From Saccharolobus islandicus REY15A (GTDB taxonomy: Archaea; Thermoproteota; Thermoprotei_A; Sulfolobales; Sulfolobaceae), in the NCBI RefSeq assembly GCF_000189555.1, contig NC_017276.1: 64,000 bases of DNA; one strand, written 5' to 3'. Both the position numbers and the translations under genes were made by a program. Within the stretch, counting starts at the first letter, position 1; each line of letters begins with the position of its first letter. Below the pieces are notes generated by a model. The model saw only the letters and a list, made by a program, of their open reading frames with translations, made no database searches and was not told the origin of the DNA. Positions 39,680 through 51,793 of the stretch are shown in pieces.

Positions 39680-41200
39680 TTAAATAATTCTTATATTTGA
39701 CTTTCCTTCTCCATATTCTATACCTTCTGACCATTTCTTGAAAATCTCTCCATTTCCTTTTATAACCACGTTGTGTCCAGGGTTTTCACTTGGTGTAATT
39801 GTAAACTCCATAAGTCTTCCCTCTCGATTAATAACCAGTGCTAATGTAACTTGGCATTCTAAATTTAAATTATTGGAAGAGACTCCATTTATTCCAATTA
39901 TCTCGTCACCCTGAATAATTCCTGCTTTATCTGCCGGTGAATCATCCTCAACAAAAGTTACCTTCTTGTTATCTAACATTAAACCGCAATACGGAGAACC
40001 TTTATCTACGAAACTCAGTTCAAAATATCTTGACAGCCTATTAAATATTGGTGGATCTCTTGAAAATACTAATTCGTCTAAATTTCTAACTCCTAATCTC
40101 TCTGCTATATCCCTGACATTATCATACGTATATTCCCCTAACTTGTATAATTCTCTAAAGAAATCATAAATTGAGTTACCGTTTTCAATCATCTCTAGAT
40201 CCATTATAAGACCAACAATGAGACCAAGCTGATAATAGGAAATGCCTACGTTTAAGAAATTATTATCACGCCGGTAATACTTTATCCATGTAGTATAGGA
40301 AGATTCTGCTAGGCTCATTCTCTTTGTCCCGGGAAAGGTAAGCCACGCTAACGTATTTGCAATGTAATTCAGAGTCTCCTCAACTTTTACTACTCTTGTT
40401 CTTAAAGGTACTATTACTGCAATATACTCTGTAAGACCCTCTGCAACCCACAGCAATTCAGTATAAGTTTCGTCTTCGTAATTAATCCTTAAATCTTTAG
40501 GCTTAATCTTCTTCACATTATACCTGTGAAAATACTCATGAATAAACAAGCGGATAAGATCTTTGTAATTCCACGAGACTACAATGGAAGAAGATCTCTC
40601 ATGTTCAATTCCGCCGAAATCTGTATCAGATCTCCTAAAGAAGAATATATATTCATCTGTAGAGGAATTAGAGAAGATCTTCTGATCTATTTCAAATATA
40701 CATTTTCCTAGTGATTCTATAAACGATTTGTCAAGTTCATCAATAGTAGAAATTTTATGCTTTTTAGCAATCTCAATCAGCTTTAATTTAGGTGAAGCTT
40801 GAATCGGTGAATCCGCAAATTCATTATAGTTATCGGCACAAAACCAATCTTCGACCTTTTTTAGCGTAGTATGGATAGGCCACGTGGTGTTAATTTTTAC
40901 ACAATATTCCTCTTCAATTGTCTGAAACGGAAATACTGATGGGGGATTAATGAATAAATAGTCACTAGTTGAGATCGCTTCTCTCTGATCTTTACTAAGC
41001 GCTTGAATCAAATATCTGAACTTATCTTTAACGAAGAATCTATTCTTCCCTATTCTAATTCCTTCCATTTCTACGATATATCTCTCAGTATCTCTAATAA
41101 CGTAAGAACCAGGTACCCATGTTGGAAAAATGATTATACCCTCTTTCCCTTCCCCAAAAACCTCAATATACTTATTCCGAGAATTTATATAAAATTTCAT
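39680..41200 (-). CDS. M61 family aminopeptidase with PDZ domain
   Basis: PTWVPGSY, GGIEH, HEYFH, WVAEGLTEY, SPADKAGI. Confidence 0.92.
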   Translation of the reverse strand: MKFYINSRNKYIEVFGEGKEGIIIFPTWVPGSYVIRDTERYIVEMEGIRIGKNRFFVKDKFRYLIQALSKDQREAISTSDYLFINPPSVFPFQTIEEEYCVKINTTWPIHTTLKKVEDWFCADNYNEFADSPIQASPKLKLIEIAKKHKISTIDELDKSFIESLGKCIFEIDQKIFSNSSTDEYIFFFRRSDTDFGGIEHERSSSIVVSWNYKDLIRLFIHEYFHRYNVKKIKPKDLRINYEDETYTELLWVAEGLTEYIAVIVPLRTRVVKVEETLNYIANTLAWLTFPGTKRMSLAESSYTTWIKYYRRDNNFLNVGISYYQLGLIVGLIMDLEMIENGNSIYDFFRELYKLGEYTYDNVRDIAERLGVRNLDELVFSRDPPIFNRLSRYFELSFVDKGSPYCGLMLDNKKVTFVEDDSPADKAGIIQGDEIIGINGVSSNNLNLECQVTLALVINREGRLMEFTITPSENPGHNVVIKGNGEIFKKWSEGIEYGEGKSNIRII

Positions 41201-41234
41201 TTTAGAAAGCAAGTAGAAAAGTTAATAAAAAATT

Positions 41235-41564
<330 letters not shown>

Positions 41565-41741
41565 CTATTCTACCGAATCATTAATTAAAATAATCCCTAA
41601 AGAGTTCGGGAATCTTTTTCCATCTTTGCTTATTAATATTATATATTCCTTTATTAAGGTAACTAACCCATTATAGTATATAATGAGGCAAATTAGGCTA
41701 GCCAAAATATTTAAATCTGAGGAAAATAAGAGTACAGTTAG

Positions 41742-42137
41742 ATGAATCTCAGAGAGAAAATTCTTGCTTATTTATATCAGAATAGGGACTCCACTTTGGA
41801 AGAAATAGTGGAGGGACTTAAGGAAGATAAATATGAAATTGATGCGACGTTGAAGTATTTAGAACGAGAGGGATTAGTTATAAAGAGAAGTAAAGGCATT
41901 ATATTTAAAAAGACTGTTTATGATCTTACTGCATCCGGTTTAGAGGAGGCGAAGAAGATTTACGAATCTTTACAAGAAAAATCGAGACAATTACAAGAAT
42001 TACTTACAAGTGGTAATGTTGATCCTTCTCAGTTACCTCAAGAGTACATTGATGTTCTTCCATTATTAATCACTTTGTCACTTTTAGATATGATGTTATT
42101 AGAAGATCTGATGCTATTTGACACATTTGGATATTAA
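41742..42137 (+). CDS. Winged-helix DNA-binding protein
   Basis: ILAYL..TLEEI..L..LEREGLV..YDLTASG. Confidence 0.75.
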   Translation: MNLREKILAYLYQNRDSTLEEIVEGLKEDKYEIDATLKYLEREGLVIKRSKGIIFKKTVYDLTASGLEEAKKIYESLQEKSRQLQELLTSGNVDPSQLPQEYIDVLPLLITLSLLDMMLLEDLMLFDTFGY

Positions 42138-42172
42138 ACGCTTAAATCCGATAGTGTGCATATAGAAGTTAT

Positions 42173-42772
42173 GTGAGACTTAAGATTACTAGTATTGAAG
42201 ATTTATTTATCCCACTACTTCAAGAATACTCATACTTATGTAATGGGATAATAACTGACATGAAATGCAAAGGTATGGAAATTTATAGAGATCCGGATTT
42301 TATCGCTTTTACAGTGAATGACGTACTAAGTTCCATGAGTTTACAGGGCTTAATTAAGATGAAAACTAGAGGAAGGAAAAGGGAAAGGTGGTTAAGATAT
42401 ATTTCAAAATATAAAATGGAATTAGAACCTAAAGAGTTCTCAACAGTACTGAGATTAGGAGCATTATTAACTATTTACGTTGATGGATATGAGATAGAAG
42501 GGAATCAAGGAGATGTAGTAGTTAAGGAGTTCAGAGTCAGCGGAACTGGTAGCAATACAGACCATATTAGAAAAATGTTACTCGAACTCTCCCCTAGGCT
42601 AATAGTCATTCAGAATAAGAATAATATTTGGTACGTGGTTACGGGATATAAGGTAGCATTTGTAGATTCACAATTAAAGAAAATAGAAAAATCATTTGTA
42701 AACTCAGATAGAATGGAATGTAGTGAAATACAAGAGGAGTATAACACCAGAATATGTCTTAATCCTTCTTAA
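42173..42772 (+). CDS. Hypothetical protein
   Basis: 199-aa ORF with typical composition. Confidence 0.7.
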   Translation: MRLKITSIEDLFIPLLQEYSYLCNGIITDMKCKGMEIYRDPDFIAFTVNDVLSSMSLQGLIKMKTRGRKRERWLRYISKYKMELEPKEFSTVLRLGALLTIYVDGYEIEGNQGDVVVKEFRVSGTGSNTDHIRKMLLELSPRLIVIQNKNNIWYVVTGYKVAFVDSQLKKIEKSFVNSDRMECSEIQEEYNTRICLNPS

Positions 42773-42826
42773 TCAGAAAGTGAGTTCATTTCACATCGTC
42801 AACACTCGGCAAACTCATCATCACTT
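42773..42826 (-). ncRNA. Box C/D guide sRNA, one guide complementary to 23S rRNA
   Basis: C GTGATGA, TGAGTTTGCCGAGTG, D' TTGA, C' GATGTGA, AATGAACTCACTTT, D CTGA; TATTTAAG at about -26 to -33. Confidence 0.75.
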
Positions 42827-43213
42827 AATTCATAGAGAAATGGATAAAAAACTTAAATATAATAAATGGAAGATTATGCTTCCCTTTGTGGTAATACTGA
42901 ATAGTTATACGTTATCTTTTAACTCCTAAAATTTAATCTGAAAGTTAGGGAATAAAGATGCTTTTTTGCGTAATAGAGAAATCCTCCTATTTGTAGACAT
43001 AAAAGCAGGAGGAAGACGTTACAGATTAGAAATAAATAAATTTAAAGTATTTATAAATATGTCCGAATAATTATAAAAATTTCTAGGCAAAGAAAGTTAC
43101 TAAACACATTAGAAGACATTAATATGTTCATAGGTCGTAAACTTCCTCTGAGTGAGATTAATCAATATCTTGAGGAAAGCTCTATATCCTCAAATACAAT
43201 AAATTATAGTTGA

Positions 43214-43945
<732 letters not shown>

Positions 43946-43960
43946 TGTTCAGTTGTATAT

Positions 43961-44791
43961 ATGATGGCTAAAAGGAAAAAATCGCAACAAAATGAGAATA
44001 AATTGATTTACATACCTTTTGTTGTGTTAGCTGTGATAATTATAATCTTAGTAGCAGTGCCATACCTTGGCCATCCTTCCTCGTCTTCACCAATTACAGC
44101 CAATGCTAATACTCCTCTCTTTAACTTATATAAGGTAAGTAATACCAATTACGCTTCTAACAATTCAGTCGAAATTTACTTCATAAGTTGGTATGGTTGT
44201 CCAAACGGTGCTACGACGTCATGGCCCTTATATTTAGCACTTTCAAAATATGGAAATCTAAGCATAGTCACACATTATTCAGTAAACGAGCGAGAATTTG
44301 GAGGGGAAATCCCAGCTTTACTATTCCTAAACTATACGCCATTTCCAAACTCTCGAGTATACTTTCACCCAATTTACATTTATGGCCAATATTTAAATCA
44401 GACAACAAATGGTACACCAATAAATACTGATGATGTAACGTTTGGACTGAAAGAGTTAAAAAGTGAGTTACCAAGTTGGGCATATAATCTAGTAGTATAT
44501 TATGAAGTAAATCAGACATACACGAAACTTAATAATATAGCCCCAGCATATTTTGGAAGCCATCCCCACATAATCACAGTATTGATTATAACTGGGCCTG
44601 GAGGCACTTGGGTTGATTTGGGGTATCCTAATTCAATCTCTCCAACCGTATTAGCAGCATTAAATTCTACATTATTATACAATATGATACTAAACAAAGT
44701 TACGCCTTCTGGACAGTACTTACAGGCTTACAATGAAATTCTAAATGCTTCAAGCGAAATAACAAATGCTATAAACGAGGCTTTAGCCTAA
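43961..44791 (+). CDS. DUF929-like membrane-anchored protein
   Basis: N-terminal TM, ISWYGCPNGATTSWPLY, HPHI. Confidence 0.75.
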   Translation: MMAKRKKSQQNENKLIYIPFVVLAVIIIILVAVPYLGHPSSSSPITANANTPLFNLYKVSNTNYASNNSVEIYFISWYGCPNGATTSWPLYLALSKYGNLSIVTHYSVNEREFGGEIPALLFLNYTPFPNSRVYFHPIYIYGQYLNQTTNGTPINTDDVTFGLKELKSELPSWAYNLVVYYEVNQTYTKLNNIAPAYFGSHPHIITVLIITGPGGTWVDLGYPNSISPTVLAALNSTLLYNMILNKVTPSGQYLQAYNEILNASSEITNAINEALA

Positions 44792-44794
44792 AAA

Positions 44795-45787
44795 TCATTT
44801 TGCTATAAATACTTTTGAGAAGTTACCCTCTTTTTGTACTTTTAGCAGTCTTAAAGAGGATGGACATTCGCTACATTTATCAATTTGGGGGAGCTTCTTA
44901 TTGCCTAATAGAATAATTTTATTGAACATGTGGGAATATCTAGTCAGTATGAAGTCGAAATACTGTTTATTAAGTATAACTGGTAATGCTTCAATCTCAT
45001 GAAACACTGAACTAGTAAATAACTTAGAGTTCTTCCAAGCTGAAACTATGTTGCTATTATCATCGAAGACCTTATCCTTACCCCATACAAAAATTGGGAC
45101 CAATAATACATCACCGCCTTCTATATCGTTTACTCTTTTGTTTTTACCATATTCTTCTAAAAAGTCAAGTATAACATTCATATAATATCTTCCCAATTTC
45201 TCATCATACATCTTATCCTTATCATATTGTTCATGGAATAACTCATTAAGCCAAATATAGGCATCAACTATTTCATTTCTTCTCCCTATTATTGGGTCGT
45301 AAAACTTAAACTCAGTAAAAGACGAAAGTGATGGGGACGCAACAATAACGCTCCCTTTAATTTCATCCTTAACCTCATTTAAACCATCTTTGAAATAGTT
45401 ATAAGGAATTAAGGGATCTACTGCAATACCGGGAGTGTAACCTTCTTCAGTCCCAGGGATTGAATATTGAATAAATCTGTAAATATCAAAAAACTTTGCC
45501 TCTGGATACCATTCCTTAAATTTTGCCAAACCATCTTCCTTTCTTTCATTAATCTCCTCCATTATTTTTTTAAATGCCTCAATGGTATCCTTATACTCTC
45601 CATCTAGATAGCCATAGGGAATGAAAATAGGCTCTCCCCATTTAGGATCCGCATACCTAAAACCATAACCTCTTATAATATCTGGGAGATAAGAATCTAG
45701 TATAGTCTTTATTGCTAACTTCATTGTTGGATGTAAGTGATCTATATGATGTATTACCTTGACTTTCCTACCAAATAAGCTAGGCAC
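44795..45787 (-). CDS. Hypothetical protein
   Basis: 330-aa ORF; no family recognised. Confidence 0.75.
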   Translation of the reverse strand: MPSLFGRKVKVIHHIDHLHPTMKLAIKTILDSYLPDIIRGYGFRYADPKWGEPIFIPYGYLDGEYKDTIEAFKKIMEEINERKEDGLAKFKEWYPEAKFFDIYRFIQYSIPGTEEGYTPGIAVDPLIPYNYFKDGLNEVKDEIKGSVIVASPSLSSFTEFKFYDPIIGRRNEIVDAYIWLNELFHEQYDKDKMYDEKLGRYYMNVILDFLEEYGKNKRVNDIEGGDVLLVPIFVWGKDKVFDDNSNIVSAWKNSKLFTSSVFHEIEALPVILNKQYFDFILTRYSHMFNKIILLGNKKLPQIDKCSECPSSLRLLKVQKEGNFSKVFIAK

Positions 45788-45826
45788 GTCTTATAATGGA
45801 AGTAATAAAATTTAAAGCCTTTCATA

Positions 45827-46894
45827 TTAAATGCTGCCATTTAGAAATCTTGACGCTAAATATCCTAAAGCATGAGTACCTAAAGCTGCCAACAGCGCTA
45901 AAGAAGCCATTTGAGCACCTTTCCTAAAGGGGTTTATTCCACTTAATATCCCTATGATAGAACCAACTATAAATGTAGATAATCCTGCTACCACATAAGA
46001 CGTTATCACGCCAGTGAGTCCAGATAATCCAACTAAATATGGCAAAATGGGTATTATAGCTCCAGTAATGTATGATAAACCTGTGATTAAGGCACTCTTA
46101 ACCGGATTTTCTTTAACCTCCGGGTATAGAATATCTTCAGCAACGTTAACTAAACTTGACGAAACCTTCTTGGCTAGATTTAGATTTACTCCAAGTTCTG
46201 TGAAGAAATTGACTAGCCTTAATTGAACTGAGTGCTGGTCAACATTCTTTTCCAACTCCAATCTCTTTCTTTCTTGGATCTTTACATCTTTTTCTGACTT
46301 AGTAGATAGGTATGCACCTATTGCCATTGAAAGCGTTCCAGATACTCCAACTATTAATCCTCCCACGGCAACAAATAGTGGTGAAGATATGGCCCCAGAT
46401 AATCCCGATACTGCAGCTAAAACCTCTACTAGACCATCACTTATACCATACACAAAATCACCTACGCTCTTGGCTTCAACATTCCCTAAAACTTTTTCGT
46501 GTACTGCCTCATCTACCATAATATCCTTTAATCTTTGTTTCTCCTCAGATGAGAAGATCTCCATTTCGGACAATTTTCTATACTTCTCTATGTCATCTTC
46601 TTCACTGCTCTCTAAAACTTTAATAGTAATATCTAAACCTAAAATTTTTCGCAACAAAGTGTAAAAGTTTACTCTGATTCTATTTAATGTTGTTAATTTT
46701 CCTTTAACTCTAAGTCCTCTCTTCTCTGCGACCTCTCTCCAAAATTCCGAATGTTTCTTCTCCATCTCTGCTAACTTAAAGAGTGTCTTCTTCAACTCTG
46801 GATCTCTTTCTGCTTCTGCTAACTTACTGTAAACCTCATGGTCAAATAGCTCTTCTTCGTAACTCCTAAGTATAATATTCTCCAACTTTCCCAC
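45827..46894 (-). CDS. VIT1/CCC1 metal transporter with N-terminal ferritin/rubrerythrin-like domain
   Basis: E..D..Y, EKKH, DEAVHE di-iron ligands; DFVYGISDGLVE, GTLSMAIGAYLS. Confidence 0.88.
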   Translation of the reverse strand: MGKLENIILRSYEEELFDHEVYSKLAEAERDPELKKTLFKLAEMEKKHSEFWREVAEKRGLRVKGKLTTLNRIRVNFYTLLRKILGLDITIKVLESSEEDDIEKYRKLSEMEIFSSEEKQRLKDIMVDEAVHEKVLGNVEAKSVGDFVYGISDGLVEVLAAVSGLSGAISSPLFVAVGGLIVGVSGTLSMAIGAYLSTKSEKDVKIQERKRLELEKNVDQHSVQLRLVNFFTELGVNLNLAKKVSSSLVNVAEDILYPEVKENPVKSALITGLSYITGAIIPILPYLVGLSGLTGVITSYVVAGLSTFIVGSIIGILSGINPFRKGAQMASLALLAALGTHALGYLASRFLNGSI

Positions 46895-47010
46895 TCTTTA
46901 TAATATTCTATAACAGAGTAGAATTTAAGATTAACTTATAGTTATTATGAATTAATAGCTACTTCAATTAAGAAGGGAAATTTTTAGCTCCAAAAAGGAG
47001 AATATAAAAC

Positions 47011-47292
47011 ATGGACATATTTGAAAAGGCGAAAAAGCTGAAAAGTTTAGGAGATGAATATGAAAATTTCCTTAATAGTCTACTTAACGACCTATTTAAG
47101 TTAATACCGGACTGTCTAGCATTGAACTTAGATGACTCCTTATTGCCAATATACGCAGTTTCCGGACTAAAGACAAAAGGATTGCTAGCATTTCCATATA
47201 AGTGCAGAGGGAGAGTTGGATATGTGGTAATTGGTGAGGATGGAATACTGTACTTTGAGGATACAGAAGGAAATGTTATTGAACTTAAATAA
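47011..47292 (+). CDS. Hypothetical protein
   Basis: 93-aa ORF with AGGAG upstream. Confidence 0.65.
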   Translation: MDIFEKAKKLKSLGDEYENFLNSLLNDLFKLIPDCLALNLDDSLLPIYAVSGLKTKGLLAFPYKCRGRVGYVVIGEDGILYFEDTEGNVIELK

Positions 47293-47328
47293 AAATTAAT
47301 AAAGTATAGAGTGAGAAGTTAATCCGCA

Positions 47329-47877
47329 TTGAAAAATTTCACTCTAAGCAAGGCAGTATTTTTATTTCCATTTTTATTATGGTGGGTTCCAATTATAGGG
47401 CCATTTTTCACTGGGTTACTACTAAGTTATCATTTCAAAACAAATTATAGGCTTTCAATAATCTCTTCTATAGCATATTCAGTTTTTCTATCTGCAATAA
47501 CAACATATGTATTTTATGTAGTGAGGATTACTATTTTGGGATATCCATTTTATTATTTTGTGTTGGCATTCAATGTAATTGGAAGTATAACATGTATAGC
47601 AACGGCATATATGTCAAGCCGGCACGGTACATTCGCAAGAATGATGAGAAATACCATAGAATTAGAATTTACAGTAAATGATATGAATGAAATAGACGAA
47701 ATACTATCACAATATCTTGACGTAAGTCTTTGTAGCAAGCCAAATATTAGGTTCATATCAGAGGATCAAATTGAGATTAAACGATCGTGCAATAATTTAC
47801 AAATAAATTACGAAGTAATAAAAATGGGTAGGGCCCTAAGAGTTAAGGCTAAATTTGAAAACCTCAGAAATTATTAA
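47329..47877 (+). CDS. Hypothetical membrane protein
   Basis: [14 protein letters not shown] hairpin and a soluble C-terminus. Confidence 0.65.
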   Translation: MKNFTLSKAVFLFPFLLWWVPIIGPFFTGLLLSYHFKTNYRLSIISSIAYSVFLSAITTYVFYVVRITILGYPFYYFVLAFNVIGSITCIATAYMSSRHGTFARMMRNTIELEFTVNDMNEIDEILSQYLDVSLCSKPNIRFISEDQIEIKRSCNNLQINYEVIKMGRALRVKAKFENLRNY

Positions 47878-48547
47878 ATATTTTCTCAAATGTTCTATCT
47901 AATAACAGTCTAACCTTATCACTAGGTTTCTTACCAAAAACATCTTCAAATACTAAATCTGACAACGTTAGCCTTCTATTCCATCCCTTCTCCTCCAGTT
48001 CTGGTATTTTAGGGAACTCCCTTACATATCCTAAGGTTAAATAACCTACCAGCTCTATCTCCTTGGGAATTTTTAATATCTCCTTGACTTTTTCCTTATT
48101 GAAAAACGATACAAATCCAACACCTATTCCCTCTTCAGTAGCAGCTAACCACAAATTGCCTATTGCCAATATAGTACTATACAGTGATGTCTCTGGCATA
48201 GTTGACCTACCTAAAATATTAGGGCCAAATCGATTAGGATCGTAGGTTACTGCTATATTAACGGGAGAATCTAATATGGCTTCTACCTTTATCTTAGAAA
48301 ATATTGCTTTGCGCTCTTCATCTAAAACGTTCTCAAATCTCTTCCTTTCTTCCTCTACTAACTGCTTAATCTTCTTCCTAATTTCCATGTTTTTAATTAT
48401 AATGAAATTCCAAGGCTGTGAATAGCCAACTGAAGGAGCTAGATGAGCTGCAGAAAGGATTCTGGCTAAAACCTCATCAGGGATAGGGTCTGGTTTATAA
48501 TAACTTCTTATATCCCTCCTTTTTCGTATTGCTTCATATACATTCAT
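47864..48547 (-). CDS. bluB: 5,6-dimethylbenzimidazole synthase / BluB nitroreductase
   Basis: [43 protein letters not shown]. Confidence 0.85.
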   Translation of the reverse strand: MNVYEAIRKRRDIRSYYKPDPIPDEVLARILSAAHLAPSVGYSQPWNFIIIKNMEIRKKIKQLVEEERKRFENVLDEERKAIFSKIKVEAILDSPVNIAVTYDPNRFGPNILGRSTMPETSLYSTILAIGNLWLAATEEGIGVGFVSFFNKEKVKEILKIPKEIELVGYLTLGYVREFPKIPELEEKGWNRRLTLSDLVFEDVFGKKPSDKVRLLLDRTFEKIFNNF

Positions 48548-48552
48548 ACTTA

Positions 48553-48567
48553 TGGATAGACTATCCA
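48553..48567. promoter_or_regulatory. Perfect 7-1-7 palindrome between the bluB TATA box and start codon
   Basis: TGGATAG-A-CTATCCA; TATATATA at 48570-48577. Confidence 0.55.
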
Positions 48568-48612
48568 GATATATATACTTACTTGCTGAGTGATGGTGTC
48601 TAGATATCTATC

Positions 48613-49842
48613 TCAGAGTCTGCTTAGAAGTTCAGTTATAGCCTCGATATAGGAGGGATGTGGAGCTACGTAATCCTTAATCTCACTAACCTTAATATTA
48701 TACCTAATTAAGAATGAAATTAAAGATATCACTTCTTCAGCATCCTTCATAAAAGCTTGAGCTCCCACAATCTTATCGTCTTTAACGCAAATCTTAAGGA
48801 ATCCATCAGTCTCTTTTTCAGTAATCGCACGACCTATTTTGGCTAAATTAATTTTAGCACACTTTCCTTCCATGTTTCCTACATAAGCTATTGTAGGATG
48901 AGTATATACGACTTTAGGTATACCTTGTTTATTAAATACTTTCTTCCCACCCATAACGTTAATTGCAGCTACTTTCCCTGCGTACATTGCTTCATGAGCA
49001 GTGTGAGTACCAATTATATCACCGGCTGCAAAAACGTTACTTATACTGGTTCTTAAGTATTCATCAACAGTTACAAAGGGATTGTGATTAACCTCCTCAA
49101 AACCTTGGATTGATGGTTTTCTACCAAAAGTCATGTATACAACATCTGCAGTTAACCTCTCCCCGTTATCTAATACTACCTCTCTTTCTTTCATCTCCTT
49201 AACTGAACGATTCAAATACAATTTCACACCTATCTTTGAGAAGTAGTTGGTTATAGCATTACTAACCTCCTTATCCAGATATGGCAATAGTGAAGACTGT
49301 TTATCAATTAGAACTACTTCCTTTCCAAGTTTTCTTAGCATCCATCCAAATTCAACACCTCCCACATCTCCTCCAACGATAACAACGCTCTGGAAATCCT
49401 TATCTAGATAAGGCAAATCCTCTGAATATATTATACCCTTAACTACTTCTCTATAAGTACCTGTAGCTAAAACAATATAATCTGCTTGAAGAGTCTCGTT
49501 ATTAACGTTTAACTGCCCAGATCTAAGGGACGCAACCCCATAAATAACTTCTACTCCATTATCTTCCAGCATGTATTTGACTCCCTTGGATAACCTAAAT
49601 GACGCCTCTTGGCCTAATTTTCTCAACTCTCCCAAATCAAAAACTATACTTTTACCTAACTTTTCGAGCTCAGAAGCCAGATGTATGGGATGCAACATAG
49701 CCTTAGATGGAATACAGCCGTATAGTACACATGTTCCTCCCAGTCTTTCCTCTTTTTCCACTAATATTACCTTGTTATTTTTAGCTAATTCTAATGAGGC
49801 ATATATTCCGGCGGGACCCGAACCTATAACCGCAACCTTCAT
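48613..49842 (-). CDS. Dihydrolipoamide dehydrogenase-like flavoprotein disulfide reductase
   Basis: GSGPAG, GGTCVLYGCIPSK redox disulfide, AAGD, HPSYIE. Confidence 0.85.
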   Translation of the reverse strand: MKVAVIGSGPAGIYASLELAKNNKVILVEKEERLGGTCVLYGCIPSKAMLHPIHLASELEKLGKSIVFDLGELRKLGQEASFRLSKGVKYMLEDNGVEVIYGVASLRSGQLNVNNETLQADYIVLATGTYREVVKGIIYSEDLPYLDKDFQSVVIVGGDVGGVEFGWMLRKLGKEVVLIDKQSSLLPYLDKEVSNAITNYFSKIGVKLYLNRSVKEMKEREVVLDNGERLTADVVYMTFGRKPSIQGFEEVNHNPFVTVDEYLRTSISNVFAAGDIIGTHTAHEAMYAGKVAAINVMGGKKVFNKQGIPKVVYTHPTIAYVGNMEGKCAKINLAKIGRAITEKETDGFLKICVKDDKIVGAQAFMKDAEEVISLISFLIRYNIKVSEIKDYVAPHPSYIEAITELLSRL

Positions 49843-49876
49843 AAGAAAAATAATTGACTTGGCATTTAAAAGCAAA

Positions 49877-51094
49877 TCACTGTTCTAGACTTATCTTATA
49901 TGTCTCTGGTCCAGCGACAAGTCCAATTATGGCTATAATAAAGCCAATGACTGCTATAGTCGTAGCTGCGTTAAATGGGTTCATAAAAGTCGAAAGAATT
50001 GAAACGTAAATTGGTGCGAAGCCCGCTATTATATACGCTCCATTGTATGCAGTACCAACTCCTAAAGCTCTTGTAAACGTCTTAAATCTCTCTGATAGAA
50101 ATGCAGGAGTTATAGAGGAGGGCAAATTTATCAGAAAACCAAAAAGTAATACAAGATATAATAAGTTAATGTTGTGTATTTGAATAAAGTAGTAAAAAGT
50201 AAATGAGCCTATTGCAGCAATTATCGAACCTATTATACCCATCATTCTTCTCCCTATATAATCTGAGAGTAATCCTGCAATTATCATCGATAGTATTCCT
50301 ATTAGATTCATATAGAGAACTAGGGGACCATAGTATGAGGGAGGCAACTTCATAACTTGGCCAAATAGTGTAGGTACTAATTGAGGTCCAGCATATATTG
50401 CTAACCAGAAGCCTACCATGACTAGAAAAGGTTGCGGAAGTTCTCTTAAACCTTTTAAGGGGTTTGCAGAATGCTTCACCTTGAGCCAAATACTTGGCTC
50501 TGTCATCTTAAATCTGATTAATACTGCTAACACTGCTGGTATTACTCCAATTGCGAAAATCAGTCTCCAATAAAATGATATGAACTCCGCTCCAGTAACA
50601 GAAGCTAGATAAGTGAACAAGGAGTCTACTCCAACAAAACCCACCAGTACTCCAGATTGCATTATACCAGAAAATATACCTCTATAATTGTTTAGGCTTT
50701 CCATAACTATGGTAAAACTTCCAGCGACGTCTCCACCAATAAAAATGCCTTGTACAAATCTGAGCATCGAGATTGTAATAGCTGCCAAGATTCCTATTTG
50801 AGCATAAGTAGGTAATATAGAAGTTAGGCCTATAGATAAAGAGTAGCCTAAGACTGTAATTAACAAGCTAACTCTTCTACCATATTTATCTCCAATATAA
50901 CCAAATACAAAACCACCTAAAGGTCTTGAGATTACGGTAAATACTATGGGCAAAACTGCACCTAATAAACCTATTCCAGGATAAAATAATTTACCTAATA
51001 TAGTTGACGTAATAACGACAGCGCCTAAATCGTAACCATCCATTATCCACGAAATGTAACCCCCAACTACATTACTCCAATTTTCAGCTTTCAT
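49877..51094 (-). CDS. MFS transporter
   Basis: MDGYD, GDKYGRR, SDYIGRR; about 12 TMs. Confidence 0.92.
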   Translation of the reverse strand: MKAENWSNVVGGYISWIMDGYDLGAVVITSTILGKLFYPGIGLLGAVLPIVFTVISRPLGGFVFGYIGDKYGRRVSLLITVLGYSLSIGLTSILPTYAQIGILAAITISMLRFVQGIFIGGDVAGSFTIVMESLNNYRGIFSGIMQSGVLVGFVGVDSLFTYLASVTGAEFISFYWRLIFAIGVIPAVLAVLIRFKMTEPSIWLKVKHSANPLKGLRELPQPFLVMVGFWLAIYAGPQLVPTLFGQVMKLPPSYYGPLVLYMNLIGILSMIIAGLLSDYIGRRMMGIIGSIIAAIGSFTFYYFIQIHNINLLYLVLLFGFLINLPSSITPAFLSERFKTFTRALGVGTAYNGAYIIAGFAPIYVSILSTFMNPFNAATTIAVIGFIIAIIGLVAGPETYKISLEQ

Positions 51095-51286
51095 GGACTC
51101 TAACTCTTAAATTTATACTAAAAAATTATCTCCTAAAAATACAAACAGCTAAACATAAACAGTATTTCAAGAAAGATTTTTATTGAATCCAACTGTTATG
51201 TTTGAAAACAGTTTAATATGCACCACTAATGTCTTCTAAAAAAGCCTAAGAATAAACTATGTCATTATTAAGTTTTTAAAGAGGAC

Positions 51287-51664
51287 TTAATATCTAGCTT
51301 TTACTTTCTCTCCATTGTATACGAAGATTAAGTTCTTTTTTAAGCCGATGATTTTCCTATCCGTAATTACAACTAATGGGAACCTCTTCAGATCTCTCTC
51401 TAATCTTATCACACTGGTAACCCTTAACCTATTGGATTTAACTTCTGAAAGTCTTTTCAGCACCTTATAGGTTTCCAATAGATCCTCCACAGTATAGAAT
51501 GTTAAAACTAAATTCCCATCTAATTCCACTATACTGTCATCATCTATAATGAAAACTACTTCTAAAGCACCAAATGTCTCAAAAAGCTTCTTAACTGAGC
51601 TCTCTAGTTGAGAAATACTCATATTGGAATTTAGATCTATGGCTATTAGAGGTTCCATAGTCAC
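51287..51664 (-). CDS. Conserved Sulfolobales hypothetical protein
   Basis: 125-aa ORF, alpha/beta pattern. Confidence 0.7.
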   Translation of the reverse strand: MTMEPLIAIDLNSNMSISQLESSVKKLFETFGALEVVFIIDDDSIVELDGNLVLTFYTVEDLLETYKVLKRLSEVKSNRLRVTSVIRLERDLKRFPLVVITDRKIIGLKKNLIFVYNGEKVKARY

Positions 51665-51793
51665 ACACTTTTAACTATACTTATAAACTTTTTGCCTAAT
51701 CACCCTAACGATCTTTTATTAATTTTAGTCAAAAAAAGTCCTAAATATTTTAGATGTCAGGATTTATATTGAGGTTAAACTAAATAATTTATT

